Source: an uncultured Collinsella sp. (GTDB lineage Bacteria > Actinomycetota > Coriobacteriia > Coriobacteriales > Coriobacteriaceae). Taken from it: DNA of 64,000 nt. Within the stretch, counting starts at the first letter, position 1. Every line of letters starts with the position of its first letter. The notes beneath the pieces were generated by a model. The model did not search any database and had not been told where the DNA came from. It was given only the letters and a program-made list of their open reading frames with translations. Shown piece by piece: positions 30,564 to 40,100 of this stretch. Location of the stretch: assembly GCA_958365315.1 (NCBI GenBank), contig CATWXC010000005.1, positions 77,892 to 141,891 on the forward strand, given 5' to 3'. The translations under genes and the position numbers were made by a program.

Positions 30564-30912
30564 GGTGGCCCGCCTTTCTGTATTCGTCTGATGATGCGTT
30601 GATGGGGTAGCGCTCGCCATTGCGTATGAGTTTGGACGATAGTGCAGCTGGGAGATCGATTCCGTTGAGGTCGACAAAACGCAGGAGGAAAAGAAGTGTG
30701 TCAGCAATTTCGTCTTCGATGACTTGGCGTTGCTCGGTGTCTTCGAACATTTCTGCAATGCGATCGTTGCTCATAAAACGAAAGAGCTGAAGGAGCTCGG
30801 AGGACTCAGTTGCCATGCCGATGGCAAGCTCTTTTGGTGTGTGATATTTGCGCCAGTCGCGTGCATCACAAAAGTCCCTGACTTGTTTCGTCATGGCATC
30901 GAGCTTATCCAT
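30556..30912 (-). CDS. MazG-like nucleotide pyrophosphohydrolase
   Basis: RDWRKYHTPKELA..ESSELLQLF..DEIAD..K..RYP; GGAGG RBS. Confidence 0.88.
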   Translation of the reverse strand: MDKLDAMTKQVRDFCDARDWRKYHTPKELAIGMATESSELLQLFRFMSNDRIAEMFEDTEQRQVIEDEIADTLLFLLRFVDLNGIDLPAALSSKLIRNGERYPINASSDEYRKAGHRE

Positions 30913-31025
30913 CGTCCGCAACCTCCCTGATGTTCTTTGTTTTATTATGGCCGTATCTGGGATTTATTGCACATCATTTGGGCGTGCGACTCATGCGGTC
31001 GCGATTGTCCAGTAGGAGTTTCACC

Positions 31026-31217
31026 ATGAAGATCGATGTTGATGTAGACCAGCTGCGCGAGAGTCTGCTCGATCGCGCGGGGAGTGCGGCGGGCGTGGGC
31101 TTTCCGACCGCCATGCTCGACGTGATGGATATCGAGGATGAGTCCCCTCAAGAGCTCCTAGCCCGAGCCGAACGCGAAGGCCTCGACCTCCGCGACTTTG
31201 CCGTCGACGATGACTAG
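31026..31217 (+). CDS. Small acidic hypothetical protein (63 aa)
   Basis: AGGAG RBS, host-like codon usage; MKIDVDVDQLRESLLDRAG... Confidence 0.7.
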   Translation: MKIDVDVDQLRESLLDRAGSAAGVGFPTAMLDVMDIEDESPQELLARAEREGLDLRDFAVDDD

Positions 31218-31324
31218 GGTGGCTAATTTGGGATGGGACGTCTGCACCCGCAGCTGCGCGAAAATGCACGATAAGCCGTCCCAATGGAGCCTAATGAGCT
31301 CGCGACCGTTCTATTTTGACTGCA

Positions 31325-31488
31325 CGCTGGCTAAGTGAGTAGACTTATTTGGAAATCCTGAGCACCCGACAAATTTGCTTCAACAAACCCGCAGGTCACA
31401 GACTTGTGCTTTGGTGACGTGGTCGGCGATTCGACAAAAGTCTACTCACTTAGTTTTGAGAGACGCTAATTGTCCGCAACGAGACCCC
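31325..31488 (+). repeat. ~165-bp dispersed element with 16-bp inverted arms and CCGCAGGT core, copy 1
   Basis: CTAAGTGAGTAGACTT..AAACCCGCAGGTCACAGACTTG..AAGTCTACTCACTTAG; direct copy at 34418-34581. Confidence 0.9.
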
Positions 31489-31543
31489 TGTCGGGGCGAT
31501 TGATGCTCAAATGTAGCCAATTCGGGACGGCTGTCCCTTGCCG

Positions 31544-33145
31544 CTACGACGCGAGCGTGGCAATGACGGCTTCGTCGCCGGCGTATATGAGGGTGTTGCC
31601 GTCGGGGATGATCGTTTGGCCGTCGCGCTTGAGCATCACGACGATAAAGGGGTGCTTGCCCTGCGGCACGTCGCGCAGGCGCTGACCGGCCAGACGTCCA
31701 TGGGGCGTTACGGTGACCTCGCGTAGCGTAACCTCGGCACGCTCTTCAAACGTCGGCGCGGCCATCACTAACAGGTCACCTTCCTCAATTACGGTATCGC
31801 CGTTGGGTAGCACCGGGTGCGCACCGTCACGAAGCACCAGGACCACGAGCATGTCCGTTGCACTGCCAATATCCGCGAGCGAGCGTCCGGCAAACGGATG
31901 TCCAGCTCCCACCTTGAGCTTGACGAACGACATACCTTCTTCGTCGCGGTAATCGTTAAACGTGCGGCGCACGTCGCCTTCTACATCGATCATATCGAGT
32001 TTTTTCGCCACCGCCGGCAGCAGCGAACCCTGCACCACAATGCTCGACACGGCAATCACAAAGACCAGGTCAAACAGGTCATGTCCACCGGGAACGCCGG
32101 CCACCACGGCAAAGAGGCTAAAGACGACCGAAGCCGCGCCGCGTAGGCCCGCCCAGCTTACGAGCGCTACCTGGCGAGGGTTTGTCTTAAAGGGCGCCAG
32201 CAGCAGACCGACGGCGATGGGGCGGCTCACGAAGAGCATAAACGCCATGAGTGCCAGGCCCGGCAGCAGCATTTGCGGCAGGCGGGCGGGCGTCACGAGC
32301 AGGCCGAGCAAAAAGAAGATTGTCATCTCGGCCATCTCGGTGAGGGTGTCGAAGAAGTGCGCCAGCTCGACCTTACCGGTGATGTCGCTCGCGCCTAGCA
32401 CGATGCCGGCAAGGTACACGGCTAAAAAGCCGTTGCCGCCCAGGTAGCTCGGCAGCGCGTAGGCGACGATGGCCACGGCGAACAAGAAGATGGTCTGCGC
32501 GCCCTCGGCTGTCGCATGCGCGCGCTCGATCAGGCGGCCCGATGCCCAGCCGATGACAAGGCCCAGGCCCACGCCTAGGATGATCTGCTTGGCCAGCAGC
32601 ACGGGGATGTTAATGTCGCCGCCGGCCGCGAGTGTGGCGAGCACGGCGGTGAGCATGTAGGCGACGGGATCGTTGGAGCCCGATTCGACCTCGAGCAGCG
32701 AGTCGGTGCTACCTCTCAGCGACAGACTGTGCTCGCGCAGCACGCTAAAGACGCTCGCCGCATCGGTAGACGCCACGACCGATCCCAGCAGCAGGCCGCC
32801 GATCCAGTCGAAGCCCAGCACGAAGTGCGCAAAGGCGCCCGTGATGCCGGCGGTGGCGACAACGCCGAGTGTGCTCAGCAGCACCGCCGGCGCGGTGACG
32901 GGCTTGGCGCGGTCGATATTGGTGTTAAAGCCGCCGTAGAACATGATGAACAGCAGCGCCGTGCTGCAGACGGTTTCGGTGAGCGCATAGTCGCTAAAGT
33001 CGATGTGCGCCGGACCGTTGACGCCCAGCAGCATGCCCAGCGCGATAAAGATGAGCAGGGTGGGAAAGGGGAGCTTTTTTCCGACGGGTTTGATGGTCAG
33101 GCACAGAATAATGACGAGGCCGATAAAGAGAAGTATCTGGTTCAT
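31544..33145 (-). CDS. K+/H+ antiporter (CPA1, CvrA/NhaP2-like) with two TrkA-C domains
   Basis: STDAASVF, ESGSNDP and WAGLRGA motifs; two P(N/D)G(D/N)T RCK-C repeats. Confidence 0.9.
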   Translation of the reverse strand: MNQILLFIGLVIILCLTIKPVGKKLPFPTLLIFIALGMLLGVNGPAHIDFSDYALTETVCSTALLFIMFYGGFNTNIDRAKPVTAPAVLLSTLGVVATAGITGAFAHFVLGFDWIGGLLLGSVVASTDAASVFSVLREHSLSLRGSTDSLLEVESGSNDPVAYMLTAVLATLAAGGDINIPVLLAKQIILGVGLGLVIGWASGRLIERAHATAEGAQTIFLFAVAIVAYALPSYLGGNGFLAVYLAGIVLGASDITGKVELAHFFDTLTEMAEMTIFFLLGLLVTPARLPQMLLPGLALMAFMLFVSRPIAVGLLLAPFKTNPRQVALVSWAGLRGAASVVFSLFAVVAGVPGGHDLFDLVFVIAVSSIVVQGSLLPAVAKKLDMIDVEGDVRRTFNDYRDEEGMSFVKLKVGAGHPFAGRSLADIGSATDMLVVLVLRDGAHPVLPNGDTVIEEGDLLVMAAPTFEERAEVTLREVTVTPHGRLAGQRLRDVPQGKHPFIVVMLKRDGQTIIPDGNTLIYAGDEAVIATLAS

Positions 33146-33403
33146 GGATGGTGTCCGCTCCTGGGTGGTTGGCGTGGCACGGTCAGTTGTCTGCAGTCAT
33201 TTGTACCCAAAGATGGTGGGTTTATGGGCTTGGATTGCGGGCGTGCGCATTTTCGACACGAGGCTGCGACGGGAGCGTCGCTGGTCGGGGCGCTGGGCCA
33301 GGCGGCGTGGCGTGAGCGGTGCGGGTGGGCAGGCGTGCGCTGGCGACCGTTGACGGTATGCAACCCTTTCCAGCTTTATTGCAACGGAGTACAATGGATA
33401 ACG

Positions 33404-33420
33404 TTTAAGTTCAACTTGAA
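33404..33420. promoter_or_regulatory. Palindrome just downstream of a TACAAT -10 element
   Basis: TTTAAGTTCAACTTGAA; TACAAT at 33390-33395. Confidence 0.4.
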
Positions 33421-33470
33421 GTTTTAGTTGCGGCTCCGGGCTTCGGCCGCAATGTAAAGAGAGGCGTTCC

Positions 33471-34310
33471 ATGGCGATCTATGTGACATCTGATGCTCAC
33501 GGGCACGTGCGTGCGCTTGACGAGGCCCTGTCCAAGATCTCGCTGACGTCCGAAGACACGCTGTACGTGCTGGGCGACATGATCGATCGCGGGCCCGATC
33601 CGGTTGGCGTTATTAAGCTCGTGCGCTCGCTGCCCAACGCTCGCGTGCTCAAGGGCAATCACGAGCAGATCATGCTCGATGCCATCATTGGCCAGGATCC
33701 GCTCGATGCCGAGACTTGGGATATCAACGGCGGTTGGACTACCCGTCAGCAGCTCAACGACATGGAATTTGAGGCGTACGAGGAGCTCGTGCGTTGGATG
33801 GCGACGCTGCCGCTCTATGCGGTGGCCGAGACTGACGAGCGTTCGTATCTGCTGGTGCACGCCGGTATTCAGACCGAGGCGGCGCGGGCGTTTTTGCTTG
33901 AACATGGGGTTGATTGTGCCGATGGTGGGGGGGCGGTGGATGCCGATCGCGAGCTACTGCAGCAGATGCTTGCGGTGCAGTCGTCCGATGACTTGCTGTG
34001 GATTCGTCACGGCTACTGGGATGCGTCGACGGGGCTGCTTTCCGCCGAGGGCAATGGCCCGGTCGTGGTGAGCGGCCACACGCCCACGGTGTCGCTTGGA
34101 CGCTATTGCGAGGTCGGCGGCCTGGCGGGACTCGATGAGGAGTCGGGCCGCGGGCAGATTGTGCGCCTGGGCGGCGAGGACACCGCCGGCGTGCCCGACC
34201 GCATCGACATCGACTGCGCCGCCGCCACCGGGTCGGAGTTCGGCCGCGTAGGCATCCTGCGCCTGGATGATGGTGCGGAGTTCTACGCGAATATTCTTCC
34301 TGGCGAATGA
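33471..34310 (+). CDS. PPP-family metallophosphoesterase
   Basis: SDAHG, GDMIDRGP, GNHE, HAG and GHTP motifs. Confidence 0.9.
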   Translation: MAIYVTSDAHGHVRALDEALSKISLTSEDTLYVLGDMIDRGPDPVGVIKLVRSLPNARVLKGNHEQIMLDAIIGQDPLDAETWDINGGWTTRQQLNDMEFEAYEELVRWMATLPLYAVAETDERSYLLVHAGIQTEAARAFLLEHGVDCADGGGAVDADRELLQQMLAVQSSDDLLWIRHGYWDASTGLLSAEGNGPVVVSGHTPTVSLGRYCEVGGLAGLDEESGRGQIVRLGGEDTAGVPDRIDIDCAAATGSEFGRVGILRLDDGAEFYANILPGE

Positions 34311-34319
34311 TTACACAAG

Positions 34320-34411
34320 GGGTAGCTAATTTGGGACGGGGCTTTTTTGACTACTTTTGCCCTTCTGCCCATCAAATGATTTTTCTGGGACGGGGATTAA
34401 ATAATCATTTG
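34320..34411. repeat. REP-like family C (GGGACGGGG)
   Basis: AATGATTTTTCTGGGACGGGGATTAAATAATCAT and GGGACGGGGCTTTTTTGACTACTTTT recur at 47045-47130. Confidence 0.8.
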
Positions 34412-34417
34412 ACAGCC

Positions 34418-34581
34418 CGCTGGCTAAGTGCGTAGACTTTTTTGGAAATGCCGAGCACCCAACATGTTTGCCTCTATAAAACCGCAGGTCACAGACTTGT
34501 GCTTTGTCGGTGTGGTCGGTGATTCGGTAAAAGTCTACTCACTTAGTTTTGCGTGATGCATATTGTCCGCAACGAGACCCC
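34418..34581 (+). repeat. ~165-bp dispersed element, copy 2
   Basis: CTAAGTGCGTAGACTTTT..TAAAACCGCAGGTCACAGACTTG..AAAAGTCTACTCACTTAG. Confidence 0.9.
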
Positions 34582-34626
34582 GGCCGGGGTGATTCCATTG
34601 CAAATTCCGGTGACCGGGGCAGCTAA

Positions 34627-36201
34627 TTAGGCGCCGTATGGGTTGCGGTCGCGTTCGATGCGTTGGCGGATGTGGGCGTACTCGATAATCAGCAGCACCA
34701 GGAGTAGGGCCATGATGGCTAGGTAGCTCACCACGGCGCCCATTAGACCCAGCAGCTTAATCAGGATCATCGGCAGCACCACGCTTACGGCGAAGCAGAT
34801 CAGGTAGATCTTGGTGACGTCGCCGGCGTGGCGCAGCACCGTGATGATGGCGTAGATAAAGTCGATTGCCGCGGTGATGCCGCCGGCGGCAACCATCAGC
34901 AGTGCCAGCGTGCGGTAGCGCTCAAAGTTAAGGCCGTACATAAAGCTCATGATGGGGATGCCGGGGCCTGCCATAAATGCGGCGCATGCTCCGGTAATGA
35001 CCACGATCAGTGCCATAACGGCAACAATAATCAGGTCAAAGCGGCGACGCTTGCGCGGATTCGCCCAAATGCTCGACAGACGCAGGAGCTGCGGTTTATA
35101 GATAAATCCAATGCTCAGCAAAATGGCCTGCGCCGGAAAGAACAGTGCATTAAAGTACAGCTGATACTTGTAGGCCAGCGTGCCCTCCATCACGAACTTG
35201 GGCATGCTCTCGATAAGGTTGAACAGGAACAGCGCACCAAAGAGCGGGGCGCACTGGATAAACAGGTGGCCGACCTCGCGCAGGCTCACGCGGCGCGATT
35301 TTTCGGTTTCGAGCAGGGCGAGCGGGGCGGTGACCAGCACGAGCGAGGCAATCGCGGCGATGCCCATGGCCATGGCCGCGATGGGCATGCTGCGCGTAAG
35401 GAACAGTGCCACGCTAAAGACCGCGATGACACCGGCGGAACGTAGCGTTTGGCTCATGCCGGCCAAATAGAGCTTGTCGGCCTGCTGCAGGCGGCCCTCG
35501 TACACGTCGGCGATGCCGTCGATCACCTTATAGAGGTAGACGCCCAGGCCAATCGTGGCCATCTGCGCATCGTAGCCGCGGGCGCTGCTGTACATGAGGC
35601 CGCAGCCTAGGGCGAGCGCTCCGCAAAGCCAGCGGTTGAGCTGGTAGGAGGCAAAGGACGTCGTTTCGTCGATGTCCGAGACCTGAAAGTTGCGCACGCC
35701 GTAGTTGCACGCGATCATGATGAGCGTGCCGGTGACAAAGGCGATGGAGAATTTGCCTGCTTCTTCGGCGCCCGCGAGCTGCGTGGACACGATGGTGAGC
35801 AGCGGAAACGCCAGGCCCCACACGGCGGTGCCGAGGGTGTTCCAAAGATAGTCGCGACTGGTGGCGTGCTCCTCGTATTCCGCTTCCTGCATGGAGAAGC
35901 CGCCGCCGTAGACGGCGCCGAGCAGACGGTTCCACCAGGCATTGACCATGCGGCGGATGGGGCCGGGTTGGCGATCGCGCTCGCGGCGACGGCGTGTGGC
36001 CTGGCTGCTGTCGGGGCCGCCGGCGTTGCGCTGACTCAGCTCCTGGATGCGCGCGAGCTCTTCGGCCGTGTGGGAGGCAGGGAAGAGGCCGTTCTCGATG
36101 CGTCCGCCCTGCCCGTGCGCTCCGCCCGATACGGCGGGGTCGGCGACGCCATTGCGGCGGGCGATGGCGCGGCGGATGCTATCGAGGGGCGTGATGCTCA
36201 A
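34627..36201 (-). CDS. Polysaccharide flippase/biosynthesis membrane protein (Wzx/MOP-like)
   Basis: About 12 TM segments; WNTLG, YGVRNFQVSD and PKF motifs; soluble N-terminal extension. Confidence 0.7.
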   Translation of the reverse strand: MSITPLDSIRRAIARRNGVADPAVSGGAHGQGGRIENGLFPASHTAEELARIQELSQRNAGGPDSSQATRRRRERDRQPGPIRRMVNAWWNRLLGAVYGGGFSMQEAEYEEHATSRDYLWNTLGTAVWGLAFPLLTIVSTQLAGAEEAGKFSIAFVTGTLIMIACNYGVRNFQVSDIDETTSFASYQLNRWLCGALALGCGLMYSSARGYDAQMATIGLGVYLYKVIDGIADVYEGRLQQADKLYLAGMSQTLRSAGVIAVFSVALFLTRSMPIAAMAMGIAAIASLVLVTAPLALLETEKSRRVSLREVGHLFIQCAPLFGALFLFNLIESMPKFVMEGTLAYKYQLYFNALFFPAQAILLSIGFIYKPQLLRLSSIWANPRKRRRFDLIIVAVMALIVVITGACAAFMAGPGIPIMSFMYGLNFERYRTLALLMVAAGGITAAIDFIYAIITVLRHAGDVTKIYLICFAVSVVLPMILIKLLGLMGAVVSYLAIMALLLVLLIIEYAHIRQRIERDRNPYGA

Positions 36202-36256
36202 GGCGGTTCCTTTCTCTTACTGCGCTCTAGTATAGTCGCGGTGGTGTCCATTCGTG

Positions 36257-36279
36257 TTTTTGAACAGGTTGTTCAAAAA
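36257..36279. promoter_or_regulatory. Perfect inverted repeat upstream of the lactate permease
   Basis: TTTTTGAACA-GGT-TGTTCAAAAA. Confidence 0.5.
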
Positions 36280-36379
36280 TTTCGGCGGGCGGCTGTAATT
36301 TGTCGGTAAACGTGCGGTATCCTCTTGAAGTTTTGTGACCCCCCGATGCCGCTTGCGCGGTACCAAGGAGTTTTTACCC

Positions 36380-37951
36380 ATGGATGTCGCTGCGTTTTTG
36401 CTGGCTCTTGTGCCGATCATCTGGCTCGTCGTGATGCTGCTGTGCTTTAAATGGCCGGCTTGGAAGGCCGCCATTGGCTCGTTTGCCCTTTCGTGCGTGC
36501 TCGCCTTTGCGTGGTGGCATCTGCCGGCGGCGCAGATAGCCACGGCCTCGCTTGAGGGCTTTTTGATGGCCATATGGCCCATCGTGCTCGTGATTATCGC
36601 CGCGGTGTTCACGTATAACCTGTGTGTGCGCACGGGCGCCATGGACGTGATCGGCAGCATGATTACCTCCATCAGCAGCGATCGTCGTCTGCTGGCGCTG
36701 CTCGTGGCCTGGTGCTTCGGCGGTTTTATGGAGGGCATGGCCGGCTTCGGTACCGCTGTCGCCATTCCCGCCGGCATGCTCGCGGGCCTGGGCTTTGAGG
36801 CCGTGCCTGCCGTGCTCATCTGCCTGCTGGCCAACGGCGTGCCCACGCCCTACGGCTCCATTGGCATCCCCACGGTGTCCGTTGCCGACCTGGTGGGTCT
36901 GGATTCCCTGCATCTGGCGACCGTTCAGCTGGCGCAGCTTGCGCCCTTCTTTGTGGCGATGCCGCTGCTTATCGTGCTGGTTGCGGGTCGTGTTGTCGAT
37001 GACCAGGGCAATGTTGCAAGCGTTGCCGAGCGTCTGCACGGCGTTGCCGGCGTGGCACTGCTTTCCGGTGTGTCCTTTGTAGGTGCGGCCCTGGTCGTTG
37101 CCATGTTTGTGGGTCCCGAACTGGCCGTAGTCGTGGGTTCCATCGTGTCGCTCGCGCTGACCGCCGCGCTTGCCATGCGCGCCGAGAAGTCCGGTCACCT
37201 GGACGCGCGCTTCCATATGAATATCGAGGCCGGCGAACAGCTCACCGTTAAATCGGCGCTTTCGGCCTGGTCGTGCTTCATTCTGATTTTTGTGCTGCTG
37301 CTGGGTACCTCCAACCTGGTTCCCGTCGTGCACGCCGCGCTCGCGCCGTTTGCGAGCCACGTGCAGGTGTATTGCGGCGAGAACCCCGGTACGCTTACGT
37401 TTTCGTGGATCAACACGCCGGGTGTTTGGATCTTCCTGGCCGCGTTTATCGGCGGTGCGATTCAGGGCGCTTCGCCGCGTCTGATAGGCGAGGTGCTGGC
37501 CGCGACTGTGAAGCAGATGATGCCGACGGTGATCACGATGCTTTCGGTGCTGGGTTGCGCCAAGGTGATGGGCTATGCGGGTATGATCTCTTCGATTAGC
37601 GCGTTCTGCATCGCCGTCGCCGGTGGTCTGTACCCGATTCTGGCCCCGTGGATTGGCGCCGTCGGTGCGTTCGTGACCGGTTCGGGCACGTCCTCGGGCA
37701 TGCTGTTTGGTCCCATTCAGAGCCAGGCCGCTTCGGCGCTGGGCGTGAGTGACTACTGGATGGTTGCGTTGAACGCCCTGGGTGTCGCTGCCGGTAAGAT
37801 GATCTCGCCGCAGACCCTCGCCATTGGTCTTGCCGCCGTGCACGTGCGCGGTAAGGACGCCGAACTCTTGGGCGCGGTGCTGCCCTACGCCGCCGGCATG
37901 CTGGTCCTCATGAGCGTCATCGCCATGCTTGGCCAAGGCCTGCCGCTGTAG
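36380..37951 (+). CDS. L-lactate permease
   Basis: FMEGMAGFGT, VTGSGTSS and GKMISPQ motifs; AAGGAG RBS. Confidence 0.9.
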   Translation: MDVAAFLLALVPIIWLVVMLLCFKWPAWKAAIGSFALSCVLAFAWWHLPAAQIATASLEGFLMAIWPIVLVIIAAVFTYNLCVRTGAMDVIGSMITSISSDRRLLALLVAWCFGGFMEGMAGFGTAVAIPAGMLAGLGFEAVPAVLICLLANGVPTPYGSIGIPTVSVADLVGLDSLHLATVQLAQLAPFFVAMPLLIVLVAGRVVDDQGNVASVAERLHGVAGVALLSGVSFVGAALVVAMFVGPELAVVVGSIVSLALTAALAMRAEKSGHLDARFHMNIEAGEQLTVKSALSAWSCFILIFVLLLGTSNLVPVVHAALAPFASHVQVYCGENPGTLTFSWINTPGVWIFLAAFIGGAIQGASPRLIGEVLAATVKQMMPTVITMLSVLGCAKVMGYAGMISSISAFCIAVAGGLYPILAPWIGAVGAFVTGSGTSSGMLFGPIQSQAASALGVSDYWMVALNALGVAAGKMISPQTLAIGLAAVHVRGKDAELLGAVLPYAAGMLVLMSVIAMLGQGLPL

Positions 37952-38063
37952 CCGGCACTTTGGAAACGTCCCTAAGTGCCGGCATCTGGGGACACTCCTT
38001 GGCTGCTGCTTGTTCAAGAGTGTCCCCAACGACTAGTCGTTTAAGAACGTCCCCAATGACTAG
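37951..38063. repeat. REP family B cluster
   Basis: GCCGGCACTT..AAGTGCCGGC, GGGGACACTC..GAGTGTCCCC and AAGAACGTCCCC. Confidence 0.8.
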
Positions 38064-38202
38064 GCCGCTTGCGTGCGATTTTTGACCGTTGAGCGGGCGC
38101 TTCGCCGTTGCCGCAAAAACGTTTTTGCATATCGGGTACAACGGGCTTTACGTGAGTAAAGTGCGCGCCGCGTCCACGTGTCGCGCTTTTAAAGGAGGCC
38201 CC

Positions 38203-39873
38203 ATGTCTGGTGTTACCCCTGCAGAAGTTCTGTCTAACTTTGGTCTTACGCTGGTCGAAGATCCCGCCGAGAACCAGCCCCGCCTGCTGGTGGACCTGCC
38301 GGCGGCAGAGCTCGTCGAGCATGCCATCCGCCGCAACGAAGGCCGCATGGCCTCCAACGGCGCGTTGGTGATCGAGACGGGGGAGCGCACCGGCCGCTCG
38401 CCTAACGACCGCTTTATCGTCGACACGCCCGACGTGCACGACAAGATTGCCTGGGGCGCTGTCAACCGCCCGCTGTCTGTCGAGAGCTACGAGGCCATCA
38501 AATCCGGCATCGTCGACTATCTCAACGAGCGTGATGTTTTCGTCACCCGCGGCATGGCCGGCGCCGACCGCAACCATACGCGTCGCCTGCTTGTCGCCTG
38601 CGAGCGTGCCAGCCAGGCGCTCTTTATTAAGCAGATGCTCGCCCGCCCGCTTGCCCGCGAAATCGCGCGCACCGGCGAGCCGGACTTCTGTGTGCTCGCC
38701 GCGCCGGGCTACCAGTGTGATCCCGCTATCAAGGGCCTCAACTCCGGCGCCGCCGTGGTCATCAATTTCCAGGAGCGCGTGATTCTGGTCGCTGGCACCG
38801 GCTACTCCGGCGAGATCAAAAAGTCCATCTTCAGCGTTATGAATTACCTGCTGCCCGTCGAGGACGACGTACTGCCCATGCATTGCTCGGCCAGTATGGA
38901 CCCCGTCACGCACGAGACCGCGGTGTTCTTTGGCCTGTCCGGCACCGGCAAGACCACGCTTTCGGCCAATCCCACACGCCTGCTGATCGGCGATGACGAG
39001 CACGGCTGGTCCGATATGGGCATCTTTAACGTCGAGGGCGGCTGCTACGCCAAGTGCGAGGGCCTGGACGCGTTCCACGAGCCCGAGATCTTTAACGCCG
39101 TCCGCTTTGGCGCCATCTGTGAAAACGTGGTACTCGATGAGAATCGCAAGCCCAACTACGACGACGTCTCGATCACGCACAACACGCGCGTGGCATACCC
39201 CGTCGAGCATATCCCCAACGCGTGGACCAAGGGCATGGGCACCACTCCGAGCGTCGTGCTGTTTTTGACCTGCGACGCCTTTGGCGTGCTGCCGCCCATC
39301 TCGCGCCTGACGGCCGATGCCGCCATGTACCACTTTGTGACGGGCTTTACGGCCAAAATCCCCGGCACCGAGGTCGGCGTCACCGAGCCCACGCCCACGT
39401 TCTCCTCGCTGTTTGGTGAGCCGTTTATGCCGCTCGATCCTATGGTCTACGCCAAGATGCTCGGTGAGCGTATCGCCGACGGCCGCACGCGCGTCTATCT
39501 GGTCAACACCGGCTGGATTGGCGGCGGCTACGGCGTGGGTCATCGCATCGAGCTTGCCTACACGCGCTCACTGGTCGCTCGCGCCCTCGACGGCACCATC
39601 GAGGACAGCGAGTTCGTGCACGACGACATCTTTAATGTCGACATTCCCACTACGTGCCACGGTGTGCCCGACGGCATCCTGGTGCCGCGCCAGTACTGGC
39701 AGAGCACCGCGCGCTACGACGAGGCAGCGCACAACCTGGCGGTGATGTTCGAGGAGAACTTCGAGAAGAAGTACTCGCACTTGCCCGAGTCCGTCAAGGC
39801 TGCTGGCCCGCACGCCCAGGTGCCCGTCGAGGCCCGCCATCGCGGCCGAGGCCTGCTGGGACTCCGCCACTAG
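38203..39873 (+). CDS. pckA: PEP carboxykinase (ATP)
   Basis: TGRSP, YSGEIKK, MHCSA, GLSGTGKTTLS, GDDEHGW and EGGCYAK motifs. Confidence 0.95.
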   Translation: MSGVTPAEVLSNFGLTLVEDPAENQPRLLVDLPAAELVEHAIRRNEGRMASNGALVIETGERTGRSPNDRFIVDTPDVHDKIAWGAVNRPLSVESYEAIKSGIVDYLNERDVFVTRGMAGADRNHTRRLLVACERASQALFIKQMLARPLAREIARTGEPDFCVLAAPGYQCDPAIKGLNSGAAVVINFQERVILVAGTGYSGEIKKSIFSVMNYLLPVEDDVLPMHCSASMDPVTHETAVFFGLSGTGKTTLSANPTRLLIGDDEHGWSDMGIFNVEGGCYAKCEGLDAFHEPEIFNAVRFGAICENVVLDENRKPNYDDVSITHNTRVAYPVEHIPNAWTKGMGTTPSVVLFLTCDAFGVLPPISRLTADAAMYHFVTGFTAKIPGTEVGVTEPTPTFSSLFGEPFMPLDPMVYAKMLGERIADGRTRVYLVNTGWIGGGYGVGHRIELAYTRSLVARALDGTIEDSEFVHDDIFNVDIPTTCHGVPDGILVPRQYWQSTARYDEAAHNLAVMFEENFEKKYSHLPESVKAAGPHAQVPVEARHRGRGLLGLRH

Positions 39874-39888
39874 CGTCGCCTCAGACCC

Positions 39889-39929
39889 AAAACCACCACA
39901 AAGGGGACAGGCAACTTTGTGGTGGTTTT
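39889..39929 (+). repeat. REP family A
   Basis: AAAACCACCACAAAGGGGACAGGCAACTTTGTGGTGGTTTT. Confidence 0.9.
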
Positions 39930-39962
39930 GCTTGGGCGGATGACTCGGGTTACAATACGCCA

Positions 39963-40060
39963 GACATATCGTCCCCTTCTCCGGATGGGGGCAGCGTAAG
40001 CGCTCTTGTGGCGGCACCGTAGGACTTTGAAGGTGGCCGCTGTGAGGGCGCTTTTTGTTT
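39963..40060 (+). ncRNA. Candidate leader/attenuator or sRNA
   Basis: TTGCTT-17-TACAAT promoter, two hairpins and a U-tract before the next ORF. Confidence 0.4.
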
Positions 40061-40100
40061 AGGCGCCCTCGCTCGGGCGTGCACAATGAAGGGAGAGCGT

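Noticed and set aside
39978..40002. TCCGGATGGGGGCAGC, resembling the SRP RNA domain IV motif
   Set aside because: Lacks the TCAGG strand and the GGAA/GAAG elements.
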